DNA from: Octopus sinensis
Taxonomy: Eukaryota
NCBI RefSeq assembly: GCF_006345805.1
Contig: NC_043014.1
Span: forward strand, 2,294,001-2,358,000
Reading direction: 5' to 3'
DNA: 64,000 bases
Of this stretch, positions 1-10,368 are shown in pieces; the first letter of the stretch is position 1; each line of letters opens with the position of its first letter. The translations under genes and the position numbers were made by a program. The notes under the pieces are model-generated. The model was not told the origin of the DNA. It made no database searches and saw nothing but the letters and a program-made list of their open reading frames with translations.

Positions 1-530
1 AAATTTATCAAGCTTCTGTGTATCTAGTACATACTTCGCCTTTTAGTGTACTTATATATGAATAATATATGGCCTGTGCTAGAAACACCAGCGATAATAA
101 TTAATTTTATTTTATCGCATTTTGAATTTGTTTACATATTTCTCGATAAATTTTTAGCGTTAGACTATATACCAGAAATCCCTAGTTTGTCGGGTACGTT
201 CTGCGTCTGCGCAGTGATCTGATTAGTTAGAAAGAGCAAATTAGTAGACGCACATGTGTCTATCGAGGAGCGATTTCAGAATAACAGGAATCTTACTGAA
301 GAGCCTGCCTGAGTAAATAAATATTATTTTTATTGCTGAAATAGGCGAAACTGCAGTCTAAGATGAACAGAGTTAGTAAAAGTTTTTATTTTCATTTCAC
401 TAAATTTATCAAGCTTCTGTGTATCTAGTACATACTTCGCCTTTTAGTGTACTTATATATGAATAATATATGGCCTGTGCTAGAAACACCAGCGATAATA
501 ATTAATTTTATTTTATCGCATTTTGAATTT

Positions 531-540
<10 letters not shown>
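1..540 (+). repeat. 401-bp tandem direct repeat (retrozyme / Penelope pLTR-like unit), truncated by window start
   Basis: 1-139 recurs near-identically at 402-540 (offset 401); the unit contains a hammerhead motif at 290-364. Confidence 0.85.
290..364 (+). ncRNA. Type I hammerhead ribozyme, canonical core
   Basis: Stem I ATCTTA/TAAGAT, CTGAAGA (296-302), stem II GCCT/AGGC, GAAA (347-350), palindromic stem III A-CTGCAG-T, GUC cleavage triplet (C358). Confidence 0.85.
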
Positions 541-577
<37 letters not shown>

Positions 578-1108
578 ATATATACATTCATACATACATA
601 CATACTTACATACTCATATTCCATTAGGGTTTTAAACACCCTCATGAAATGGCGGAAACGTTGCTCATTTGTACATCAGCATTGAATTATTGAAACGAGC
701 GCAAGAAAAAGAGGAACCAGTTGAAATGTCGCTGATGTTTATTTATTCCCTTGTTTGTGTTTGTTAGATCTGTTTCTATATTAAATATTCAATACTACAT
801 CTAAGGTAGTTACAGGCATCTACAACTCAACGGTAGATATAGATGCGGAGATAATATGTTATATATTGAGATCTAATGTAATTGGTTAGTTGACATACAT
901 GCCCATCACATTACAAATGCTGCATATATGAGTATCTAAATATATATTTGTTGAGATCCCCGCTGTCAAAATTAAACATTACATAACTACGTCGTCATTT
1001 GAACTATGGTCTTCCCAGTTCTCTAACAGACATACATGGCACATATATACATATGTGTGTATGCGCGCCCGCGTGTGTGTGTTTCAACTAGATTATGCTT
1101 TGAAATAG

Positions 1109-1182
1109 TTTAACTGAGGAAGATCTTGCGTAATGGATGCATTTCCTATGATATTATGCAGATCTGAAACGTACATACTAAA
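1109..1182 (+). ncRNA. Type I hammerhead ribozyme, slightly decayed
   Basis: CTGAGGA 1114-1120; stem II AGATC/GATCT extended by TGCGTAAT/ATTATGCA; GAAA 1166-1169; CGTACA-TA; stem I TTTAA/CTAAA with one mismatch next to the core. Confidence 0.65.
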
Positions 1183-1241
1183 TGATTTCAAAATATCACT
1201 GCTTGGTTTGACTTCATTATCACAGATTACGTGGTGGGGGC

Positions 1242-1277
<36 letters not shown>

Positions 1278-1417
1278 CTTATAAATAAAGGCAAACGAAA
1301 AAATTTTTAATGCCAAATATGCCGAAAGTTGGACATATTGTCCATATCCATATAATTTTTCACAATACGCACGCTACTCGAAAAAGGTCTACAGAAATTT
1401 CTAAAAAATTCCATTAT

Positions 1418-1475
1418 TACCATATCGGACCGATTTCAGGGTTAGTTCGTAAGAACCCTCCCTTCGTCAGTGATA
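1418..1475 (-). ncRNA. Type I hammerhead ribozyme (left arm)
   Basis: Minus strand reads TATCA-CTGACGA-AGGG...CCCT-GAAA-TCGGTCCGA-TA-TGGTA. Confidence 0.8.
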
Positions 1476-1605
1476 AACGTATCTTGAATGGGCTGGAATA
1501 TTTTTATTTTGGATGTATTTAGGGTACTTAATTGTGCTCATGACTTAGTGTTTTGCTTCTTCCATGGGTATGAGTAAGTATCTCACTTATTTCTTTTGCC
1601 ATATG

Positions 1606-1663
1606 TATCACTGATGAAGGGAGGGCTGTTATAAGCTAACCCTGAAATCGGTCCGATATGGTA
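1606..1663 (+). ncRNA. Type I hammerhead ribozyme (right arm)
   Basis: TATCA-CTGATGA-AGGG...CCCT-GAAA-TCGGTCCGA-TA-TGGTA; AUA triplet. Confidence 0.8.
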
Positions 1664-2003
1664 ATAATGGAATTTTTTAGAAATTTCTGTCGGCTTTTTT
1701 TCGAGTAGCGTGCGTATTGTGAAAAAATTATATGGATATGGACAATATGTCCAACTTTCGGCATATTTGGCATTAGAAATTTTTTCGTTAGCCCTTATTT
1801 ATAAGTTGTTTATAATTTTAACCTTTAAAGGTATATTTTAATATGCTGGCCATTGATAAAATTTTTTTCGAAAAAATTTCATCGTACATTAAATATATAT
1901 ATTTAGAATTTGATGAAAAAATATCCGCGTAAGGGATTGTTAAAAACAATATTGATGCCGTATATGTATAATCAGACTCATAAAATTAAAAAATCAGTAA
2001 AAC

Positions 2004-2378
2004 AAAATGGTGAAGAAAAATTTAAAAGAAGCTTGGTTCATTTTATTTGTATTACAATTGGAAAAGTAAAGCATTTTAAAAGATTAAAAGATATACCTAT
2101 AAGAACAAGTATAAAAGGAACTGCATCAACAAAATAACCCCAAAATATACAAAAAGATATCCTACATATGTTTCAATATAACAATATTTTAGAATCATCA
2201 ATAAGTGTGAATTTTAAAGATGTAATAAGCGGTATATTGTTAGATCTCTTCGGGGAAAATAAGTATATTTTAGTGTTGGGTTACGAAATGACTTATTTGA
2301 GGACTACGTTTAGGAAATTTTCAAATGTAATACAAAAACAATGAACCAAGCGTCTTTTTAATTTTCCTTCTCCATTTT
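2004..2378. repeat. Degenerate inverted repeat (~60-bp arms), MITE-like
   Basis: 2004-2066 is the approximate reverse complement of 2318-2378. Confidence 0.55.
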
Positions 2379-2399
2379 TTTTTCTCCTGTCCAAGCTTG

Positions 2400-2735
2400 A
2401 ATTACGCGTTCGCCACCACAGCCTCGTTTAGGCTTAGCAGCCCTTCCTGATTGTTTTCACTGTCCTGTTTGTGTTACCTATTTTGACCCTCTGCAAAATC
2501 CCAAATTTTATTTAATTTGCTTTGCAGGAGCAAGTGTTTTATCGAAAGCGTACATTGTTGTTAAATGCTCGAAATACGAGAGTAGGAAAACAGCCAACGA
2601 CTGATGAAGGGTCGTTCTTTATGTTGTTTGTTTTCCATTTGTGTCTTTCGTTGTTCGAAAAAAATAGTTCATATTCCATGTACTCGTACTTCGTAAATTT
2701 TGTATTCATTTCATGACGTCTTGTGCCCACATATG
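2400..2735. repeat. Unclassified interspersed repeat, second copy at 38650-38935
   Basis: ~230 bp near-identical to 38707-38935. Confidence 0.75.
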
Positions 2736-2787
2736 CATATCTATACATATTGATGTAAGTATGTACATATACGTAAGTACAAATGCA

Positions 2788-2829
<42 letters not shown>

Positions 2830-2884
2830 TATATATATATATATATATCTGTGTGTGTGTGTGTGTGTGTCTTATATATTATAT

Positions 2885-2936
<52 letters not shown>

Positions 2937-2964
2937 AGAAAAAAGCAACAAGAATGGATTAGTT

Positions 2965-3055
2965 TTTCAGTACAATTGTTTCATACGATGACCAGCTTTA
3001 TTAAAAGCTGTAAATATTGCAGCAAATACAAGTGTCCCGTACTCATCAGCCAAAA
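2965..3055 (-). ncRNA. Type I hammerhead ribozyme with long stem-II loop
   Basis: Minus strand: TTTTGG-CTGATGA-GTACG...CGTAT-GAAA-CAATTG-TA-CTGAAA; stem I uses two G.U pairs. Confidence 0.75.
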
Positions 3056-3440
3056 CACATATGAGTTCTCCAAGCATCCTAGTTGGTTAGGCTACACTCA
3101 TGAAGTATCGAAGATAGTTCTATAAAAAGCAAATTTAGATTGTAAGCAGACTTCCAAAGTTCTCTAATGATGCACAGTCTTATAACAGGCTTTAAAAAAG
3201 CTTTTTAGCTTCACAGAAAAGGTGAATCCATCCATATTAATTGCTGCTTACAATGTTGTGAGCAATAAAGTTTCCTGCATATTCCATTTTACCTGTCTAT
3301 CGTTCGTTCTATAATCAACGCACAGAGAAGAATTCCTGAGGGAGATGCAGCGACAATTGTATAATCAAAATTTGTTTCAAAACCACGAATTCACACAAAG
3401 AATCTTACAAACCAGATATAAAAACGAAATATATATCTAT

Positions 3441-3483
3441 GGCTTTCACCCAGGCGACCCGGGTTCGATTCCCGTCATGGTAA
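3441..3483 (+). pseudogene. 3' half of a tRNA-Glu-like sequence
   Basis: CTTTCAC anticodon loop, CCAGG, GGGTTCGATTCCC T-arm; 5' half missing. Confidence 0.6.
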
Positions 3484-4016
3484 TGCTTTCTTAACGGAGG
3501 TGCCCCAGCATATATTATCAATATATATATATATATATATATAATATATATAATATGATATATATATATATTGATAATGTGTGCGTGTGTGTGAGAGAGA
3601 GAGTGTGTGTTTGGAGCCGAACTTCAACAACAATATTTATGAGAATCCGGTGACAGGTGCTTTGTTTGTATCGAGAAAGTTTGCCACTGATTTGCCACAC
3701 CTAAACGACGAAGGAATGTTAGCATACACACATACACACATACACGCACATACGCACACGTAAGCGTGCGTGTGTGTATATATGTGTGTGTGTGTGTGTG
3801 TGTGTGCGTCTGTTTTCTCACGTAGAATGAATATGACAATACATTTGTTGTCCTTCAAAAGGGCAGAGTGACATTCAGCTATTAAGAACTGTATTTTTCC
3901 CATGAGCGTGTAACCGAAGAGCCTCTGAGTGTGGGTGTGTGTGTAATTGTGTGTATGTGTGTGTGTGTGTGTGTGTGTGCTCGACGCGCATACTTATACA
4001 TACATGTATATATATG

Positions 4017-4047
<31 letters not shown>

Positions 4048-4098
4048 GTATATATGTATTTTTATATATGTATATGTATATGTGTGTGTGTTTTGGGG

Positions 4099-4293
4099 TG
4101 TCTGTGTTTGCCCACCACCATCGCTTGATCACCGATGTTGGCGTGTTTACGTCCCCGTAACTTAGCGGGTCGGCAAACGAGACCGACAGAATAAGTACTA
4201 AGCTTACAAAGAATAAGTCCTGGGGTTGATTCGTTCGACTAAAGGCTGTGCTCCAGCATGGCCGCAGTCAAATGACTGAAACCAGTAAAAAAA
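4099..4293 (+). mobile_element. SINE family A, 3' half
   Basis: Matches the 3' body of full copies (e.g. 59196-59566), ending CCAGCATGGCCGCAGTCAAATGACTGAAAC. Confidence 0.85.
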
Positions 4294-4502
4294 TAGAAGA
4301 ATATATATATTGGGGGTGGGTATATATATATATATATGTGTGTGTGTGCGCGCGTGTGTGTGTGTGTGTGTGTTGTATGTGTGAGTATGCATGTATGTAT
4401 GTTTGAATGTGTATATATGCATGTATATATATACAAATACATATATGCATATATATACATACATATATATAAGTATTTTTAGATGTGTGTGTATATATAT
4501 AT

Positions 4503-4800
4503 AGTGGTTTGGGCAGCGGACTCGCGGTTGTAGGATCGCGGTTTCGATTCCCAGACCGGGCGTTGTGAGTGTTTATTGAGCGAAAATACCTAAAGCTGCA
4601 CGAGGCTCTGGCAGGGGATGGTGGCGATCCCTGCTGTACCCTTTCGCCACAACTTTCTCTCACTCTTTCTTCTGTTGGCCTGCCCGCTTAGCCAGCGGGT
4701 GGTGTCAGTTGAAGGCCAAAACAATGCGAAGTGCATTGTGACCAGCGATGTGTAGCAACATCTGATAGCCTGGTCGGTCACGGTGATCACGGTGATATAC
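4503..4800 (+). mobile_element. SINE family B (tRNA-derived head)
   Basis: TAGTGGTT..GGCAGCGGACTCGCGG..GGTTTCGATTCCCAGACC A/B-box-like head shared with 28832-29213 and 59878-60143. Confidence 0.8.
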
Positions 4801-4839
<39 letters not shown>

Positions 4840-5057
4840 TACAGATTAATGATGATGATGATGATAATGACGACAACGACGACGATGATGCTGATGATGA
4901 CGAATTCATTTTCAGTGGGATTGCACAAAAGCACAATCCTTCCAGGACTCACCTCAGGGGAAACATAAAAACACATCGCTAGTCCTACCTGAAAACACAA
5001 ACAACAACAACACACACATATGTTTATGTATATATATGTGCATATATTTTATATATT

Positions 5058-5341
5058 TCAGAGGACCACAGCTCTTTAGCATCCTCCCTAAATGCCTGAG
5101 AGACTTACATGGTGTGGATGTGGGTTTCTTTAAAACTAAACTGGATCTCTTCTTGTCGGGGGTCCCAGATGAACCTACCTCACGACAGGAGACGCAGATG
5201 CGGGCAGCAACATCGAACTCCCTTGTTGATCAAGTGCCACGTATCAGAGGTGGATTCACATATTTGTGTAGCTCATTCAGCGGTGGTGCCCCAGCATGGC
5301 CGCGGCCTTCGGGCTAAAACATTTTTAAGGATTTAAGGATT
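5058..5341 (+). mobile_element. LINE 3' end (CR1/L2-group-like), 5'-truncated
   Basis: RGPQLFSILPKCLRDLHG...FKTKLDLFLSGVPDEP...RAATSNSL, followed by a short-repeat tail (TAAGGATT). Confidence 0.7.
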
Positions 5342-5475
5342 TATATGTGTGTGCGTGTGTTTATGTGTGTGTTCGTGCATTTCTGCTTGGTCGGTTCGGT
5401 ACACTTGCACCTAGAGTGTGATCATATGACATTTTTTTATATCTGTGTATAGTTCTTTGTAGGTGTGTATACATG

Positions 5476-5842
5476 TATACTCTTTTACTCTTTTACTTGT
5501 TTCAGTCATTTGACTGCGGCCATGCTGGAGCACCGCCTTTAGTCGTGCAAATCGAACCCGGGACTTATTCTTTGTAAGCCCAGTACTTATTCTATCGGTC
5601 TCTTTTGCCGAACCGCTAAGTAACGGGGACATAAACACACCAGCATCGGTTGTCAACCAATGGTAGGGGGACAAACACAGACACACAAACACACACACAC
5701 ACACATATACATATATACGACAGGCTTCTTTCAGTTTCCGTCTACCAAATCCACTCACAAGGCATTGGTTGGCCCGGGGCTTTAGCAGAAGACACTTGCC
5801 CAAGATGCCACGCAGTGGGACTGAACCCGGAATTCCTGCGCC
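5476..5842 (-). mobile_element. SINE family A with internal deletion in head
   Basis: Reverse complement of family A consensus seen elsewhere in the window. Confidence 0.85.
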
Positions 5843-6240
5843 TATATATGTGCATATATTTTATATATGTGTGTGCGTGTGTTTATGTGTGTGTTCGTGC
5901 ATTTCTGCTTGGTCGGTTCGGTACACTTGCACCTAGAGTGTGATCATATGACATTTTTTTATATCTGTGTATAGTTCTTTGTAGGTGTGTATGCATGTGT
6001 GTGTGTGTGCGTGTGTCTAAAGTGTCTGAATGGTTTTCTGTTTTTCCCCCATCATATTGATTGTATTTTTGTGGGAAATTTTGATTTCCTTTCAACGCTT
6101 TCGCTGTTGTTTCATTTCCCAGTAAACCGAATCAACTGGTTTGTCTTGTTAAATTTTTCTGTTCACAGTCAGCCGTTCTCTAAAATACAAGCCTGTGCAT
6201 CATTAAGTGTCCTCTGTCTGTTTATAGGTATGGATTCAAA

Positions 6241-6515
6241 AAGGCGGTGAGCTGGCTGAAACGCCAGCACGCCGAGCGAAATGCTTAGCCGTATTTCGTC
6301 TGCCGTTACGTTCTGAGCTCAAATTCCGCCGAGGTCGACTTTGCCTTTCATCCTTTCGGGGTCGATAAATTAAGTACCAGTTACGCACTGGGGTCGATAT
6401 AATCGACTTAATCCCTTTGTCTGTCCTTGTTTGTCCTCTCTGTGTGTAGCCCCTTGTTGGTAGTAAAGAAATAGGTATTTCGTCTGCTGCTAAGTTCTTA
6501 GTTCAAATTCCGCCG
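6241..6515 (+). mobile_element. SINE family C
   Basis: GGCGGTGAGCTGGC head, GTTCTGAG(C/T)TCAAATTCCGCCGAGG box; same family as 45851-46759. Confidence 0.85.
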
Positions 6516-6566
6516 AGGTAGACACACAAACATACACACATACATGCATATATATATATATATATA

Positions 6567-6624
<58 letters not shown>

Positions 6625-6627
<3 letters not shown>

Positions 6628-7260
6628 ACACGTAAACTCGACTGGTGGTCGGAAATAAGGTAAAGGATGACTCGTCCGAGAAAATAACATTCTTCCACTG
6701 TTCTAGGGACCAATTCTGTAGGTTTTTTTCTCCACTCTAAACGCTTTGCAACGTTTGTTTTTGAAAGTAGAGGTTTTCTGATTGCAGCCCTCCCGTGAAA
6801 TCTGGTTTTGTGCAGCTCCCGGCGAACAGTTTTTGTGGAAACTGGGTTCTCGACTGGTCATTAAGCTCTGCAGTAATTTGGGGAGCTGTACTTTTGTGAT
6901 CCTTTCTAACAATTCGCGTAAGAGTCCGACGTTCCCTATCTGAAGGTTTTGGTTTCTCCCGAAGTTTTGTTTCGACGAGGTGGATTTTCCCGCTTTCTCA
7001 AAGGCTGTCATTACTTTCGAGACAGTACTTCTTGATACGCCAAACATTTCGGCTGTTTTTGTTACGCTAGCACCTGCCTTACGAGCACCAACAATTTGAC
7101 CTCTTTGAAATCCGATAGATCTGTCGTTTTAATTACTTTTAATTAGCTTTTTCTGATGATATCTTAAAAGGAACAGCAATTTTAGCAAAACATATTAAGC
7201 AACACTAATAATAAATCAAAAAACATAAAAATAAACATGCTTTTGACGGTTTAATAGATA
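6625..7260 (-). mobile_element. Tc1-family transposase pseudogene
   Basis: HTH FGVSRSTVSKVMTAF; frameshifted continuation to a FSDES-like catalytic motif near 6680. Confidence 0.75.
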
Positions 7261-7309
7261 TTTCAAAATTATGATGCTATGATGCTAGGCGTGTGTGTGA
7301 TGTCTATGT

Positions 7310-7370
<61 letters not shown>

Positions 7371-7448
7371 CAGGTATGTATATGTATGGACTGTGGTCTT
7401 AATAGACATGTAACCCGTGGATGCGCGCGTGGCGATGCTTTAAATGTT

Positions 7449-7482
<34 letters not shown>

Positions 7483-7541
7483 TGTATGTATGTATGTATG
7501 TATGTATATATATATCTATATATATATATATTATATATATA

Positions 7542-7593
<52 letters not shown>

Positions 7594-7594
7594 C

Positions 7595-7798
7595 TGTTCT
7601 GCCAAGATAAGGTCATAAAAAATTTACCCCATCCAGAGACAGCGAGAAATAAATGTTTAATGTACACAAAATAAAGATATGAGCCACTATTAAGTTCCTT
7701 GAAGTAAAAACATTTGTTTGTCATGGCAGGGTTTATAATCTGTCTCCAAGCAATCTCAGCGTGAAGAATGCCTGCAGACGCAAGGCACGCTATAAAAC
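7595..7798 (-). CDS. Putative (damaged) SLC22-like exon, TM9-TM10
   Basis: FIACLASAGILH...AVSGWGKFFMTLSW resembles SLC22 TM9 and the GK..W of TM10, but its phase does not join the 14764 donor without an extra exon or frameshift. Confidence 0.35.
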
Positions 7799-7899
7799 CT
7801 GTCTACACACGGGTCTCCAAAAGAGGACACTATTAGTAGCACGCATCTTAATACTGTGTATTTTAAGCCATATATATATACATATATATATATATATAG

Positions 7900-8002
<103 letters not shown>

Positions 8003-8168
8003 TAGTTATCGCCATACTAATATGGCAGTCTTATAAATATAAGACTAAAGCTGTCGCTGATTAGCCCCAAGAGGCCACCGCCTCAAGCTAACTATTTGAC
8101 ACACAACCTGCGTCCATTATAAACCTTCGAACAAGGGAGGTCAGCCGCTTCATCCTGCCAGTCAGACA

Positions 8169-8211
8169 GCTACAGACATGTTTCAGGGTTGTTGCCCCTT
8201 ATCAATGCAGC
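8169..8211 (-). ncRNA. Minimal hammerhead ribozyme, U3-A8 core variant
   Basis: GCTGCA-TTGATAA-GGGG-CAACAA-CCCT-GAAA-CATG-TC-TGTAGC; palindromic ACATGT stem III; GUC triplet. Confidence 0.75.
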
Positions 8212-8635
8212 GTAGTCAGACTTGCAGGTGTCGCTACTGATCGTCCCAGTTCGAAGGTTTTATTTACCTAGTTTCAGTGGAATATATCCACTTGTTTTTA
8301 ATAATATATACATATATATACACATATATATATGTATGTACATATATGTATATATATATATATATGTGTGTGTGTATATATATATATATATGTATATATG
8401 CATATATATATGTATATATGCATATATATATATGTATATATGCATATATATATGTATATATGCATATATGTATGTATGTATGTATATGTGTGTGTATATA
8501 TATATATGTGAGTGTGTGTGTGTGTTTGTATGTGTGTAAGTATATGTGCATTTAGTCGCGCACTTTCAAATACTTGTATGAATATGTGTATGCGTGTGAG
8601 TGCGTGCGTGCGTGCGTGTGCGTGCGTGCGTGTGC

Positions 8636-8676
<41 letters not shown>

Positions 8677-8924
8677 TGCGTGTGTGTATAATTCTAAATA
8701 TGTCGCTTAGGTATGGCGAAACTAATAACAAGTTGTTTTAGAACTTAGTACTCGTATTCTATTTTTTTTAAGGCGGCGGGAGTTGGCAGAATCGTTAATG
8801 CGCTGGACGGAATTCTTAGCGGTATTTCACCCGTCACTACGTTCTGAGTTCAAATTCCACCGAGGACCATTATTATTTTTATTCAGATATACACACAACA
8901 GATTCGACTGTTGGAAATTATTAT

Positions 8925-9427
8925 TATTATTAATTATTATTATTATTATTAAGTGATGAAAACTCACTGCTTTGTTTGCTTGGTATGATGGAAAATGTCA
9001 TCTGTCCACAGCCAGCAGACTAAGGTGACACTTGTTTACTGGTCATGCTTCAAGAACCCTGCGAAGAATTCTTGCAGTTCCAAGCAAAGCTGACTTTTTT
9101 TAGGTGTTCTACCTTCACACTCGCACCGATCTTTTTCAGCCATGTTGGTAGTTGGGTGCTGATACTTCCAAGTGCACTAATTACTATTGGTATCAACTCT
9201 ACTCTCTATATTGACCACAACATTCCTATTTCCCACTTCAAATCGTCATAGTTTCTTTTATTTATTTCTTCTTTTTTCACCCTGATTTCAAAGAATAAAT
9301 AAACAACTATGACGATTTGAAGTGGGATATACGAAGGTTGTGGTCAATGAGGAGAGAGTAGAAGTAATACCAATAGTAATTGGTGCACTTGGAAGTATCA
9401 GCACTCAATTACCAACATGGCTGAAAA

Positions 9428-9430
<3 letters not shown>
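8925..9430. mobile_element. R4/Dong-like RLE-LINE 3' fragments in inverted arrangement
   Basis: + 9302-9430 reads YDDLKWDIRRLWSMRRVEVIPIVIGALGS; - 8925-9253 is the same region plus 3' UTR and (TAA)n tail. Confidence 0.7.
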
Positions 9431-9469
<39 letters not shown>

Positions 9470-9654
9470 ATTTTTTTTTTCTTCTTTCAAATTTGCTTCC
9501 ATTTCTTGCCGGGTGTCTTCCCGACTCCTAGGGCAAAGAAACTCATAGTATACATTGGTAGGCCATTAAACTAAACTCAATAGTTCGTTCATTTTTTTTT
9601 AAGTTAAATTAAAATACATGGGTAGTAATAGTTCTCACAGTAATAATATTATTA

Positions 9655-10124
9655 TTATCATTGAGTGAGAGAGCAGTTCATGCCATCAAAGTGACACTGG
9701 GGTAAAATATACGAAGCCCAATATACCCATCATGACTACCCGTCTGATAAAGGTACACCAGGCACATGCATCACAACCATATGTGCGCGACATGGTGATC
9801 TCATATCAAGATAAACAGCACATGACTTTGCAGGTGGGGCCCAGTTAGAATTTTCTTCAGGTTGAGTAGCCCATCCCGCTCAAAAGGTCCCTGGATAAGG
9901 GTTGTTTAAGGATGTTGAAAGAACCACTCATGTTTCCAGAGGTGAATTATTCAAACCCCAAAGAATCCTTCTCAACACATGGCTATGATGCTCCCCCACT
10001 ACTTCTGCTCGTGATCAGAGATGCACATATCGTCAGCCACTAAGGGACATGCTCAACTGGTTAAGGTCAAACAACTGACAAGCAAATCTGTGGTATTGAG
10101 CAGAATATTTGCTGTTGCCCATCA

Positions 10125-10125
<1 letters not shown>
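9655..10125 (-). mobile_element. Unclassified retroposon-like repeat with (TAA)n tail
   Basis: Complex sequence bounded by (TAT)n tracts; family recognised but not classified. Confidence 0.4.
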
Positions 10126-10160
<35 letters not shown>

Positions 10161-10237
10161 TACTACTACTACTACTACTATTATTATTATTATTAGTACT
10201 ACTACTACTACTACCACTATTATTATTATTATCATCA

Positions 10238-10274
<37 letters not shown>

Positions 10275-10368
10275 TACTACTACTACTACTACTACCACTA
10301 TTATTATTATTATTATTATTATTACTACTATTATTATTATATTATTATTATTATTATTATTATTATTT
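10125..10368. repeat. (TAT)/(TAC) trinucleotide microsatellite
   Basis: Direct inspection. Confidence 0.95.

Larger units (their letters stand above)
1276..1807. repeat. ~200-bp-arm inverted repeat (1276-1475 / 1606-1807) with ~130-bp spacer; inverted pLTR-like
   Basis: Arms are reverse complements with a few substitutions; each arm carries a hammerhead at its inner end. Confidence 0.9.
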
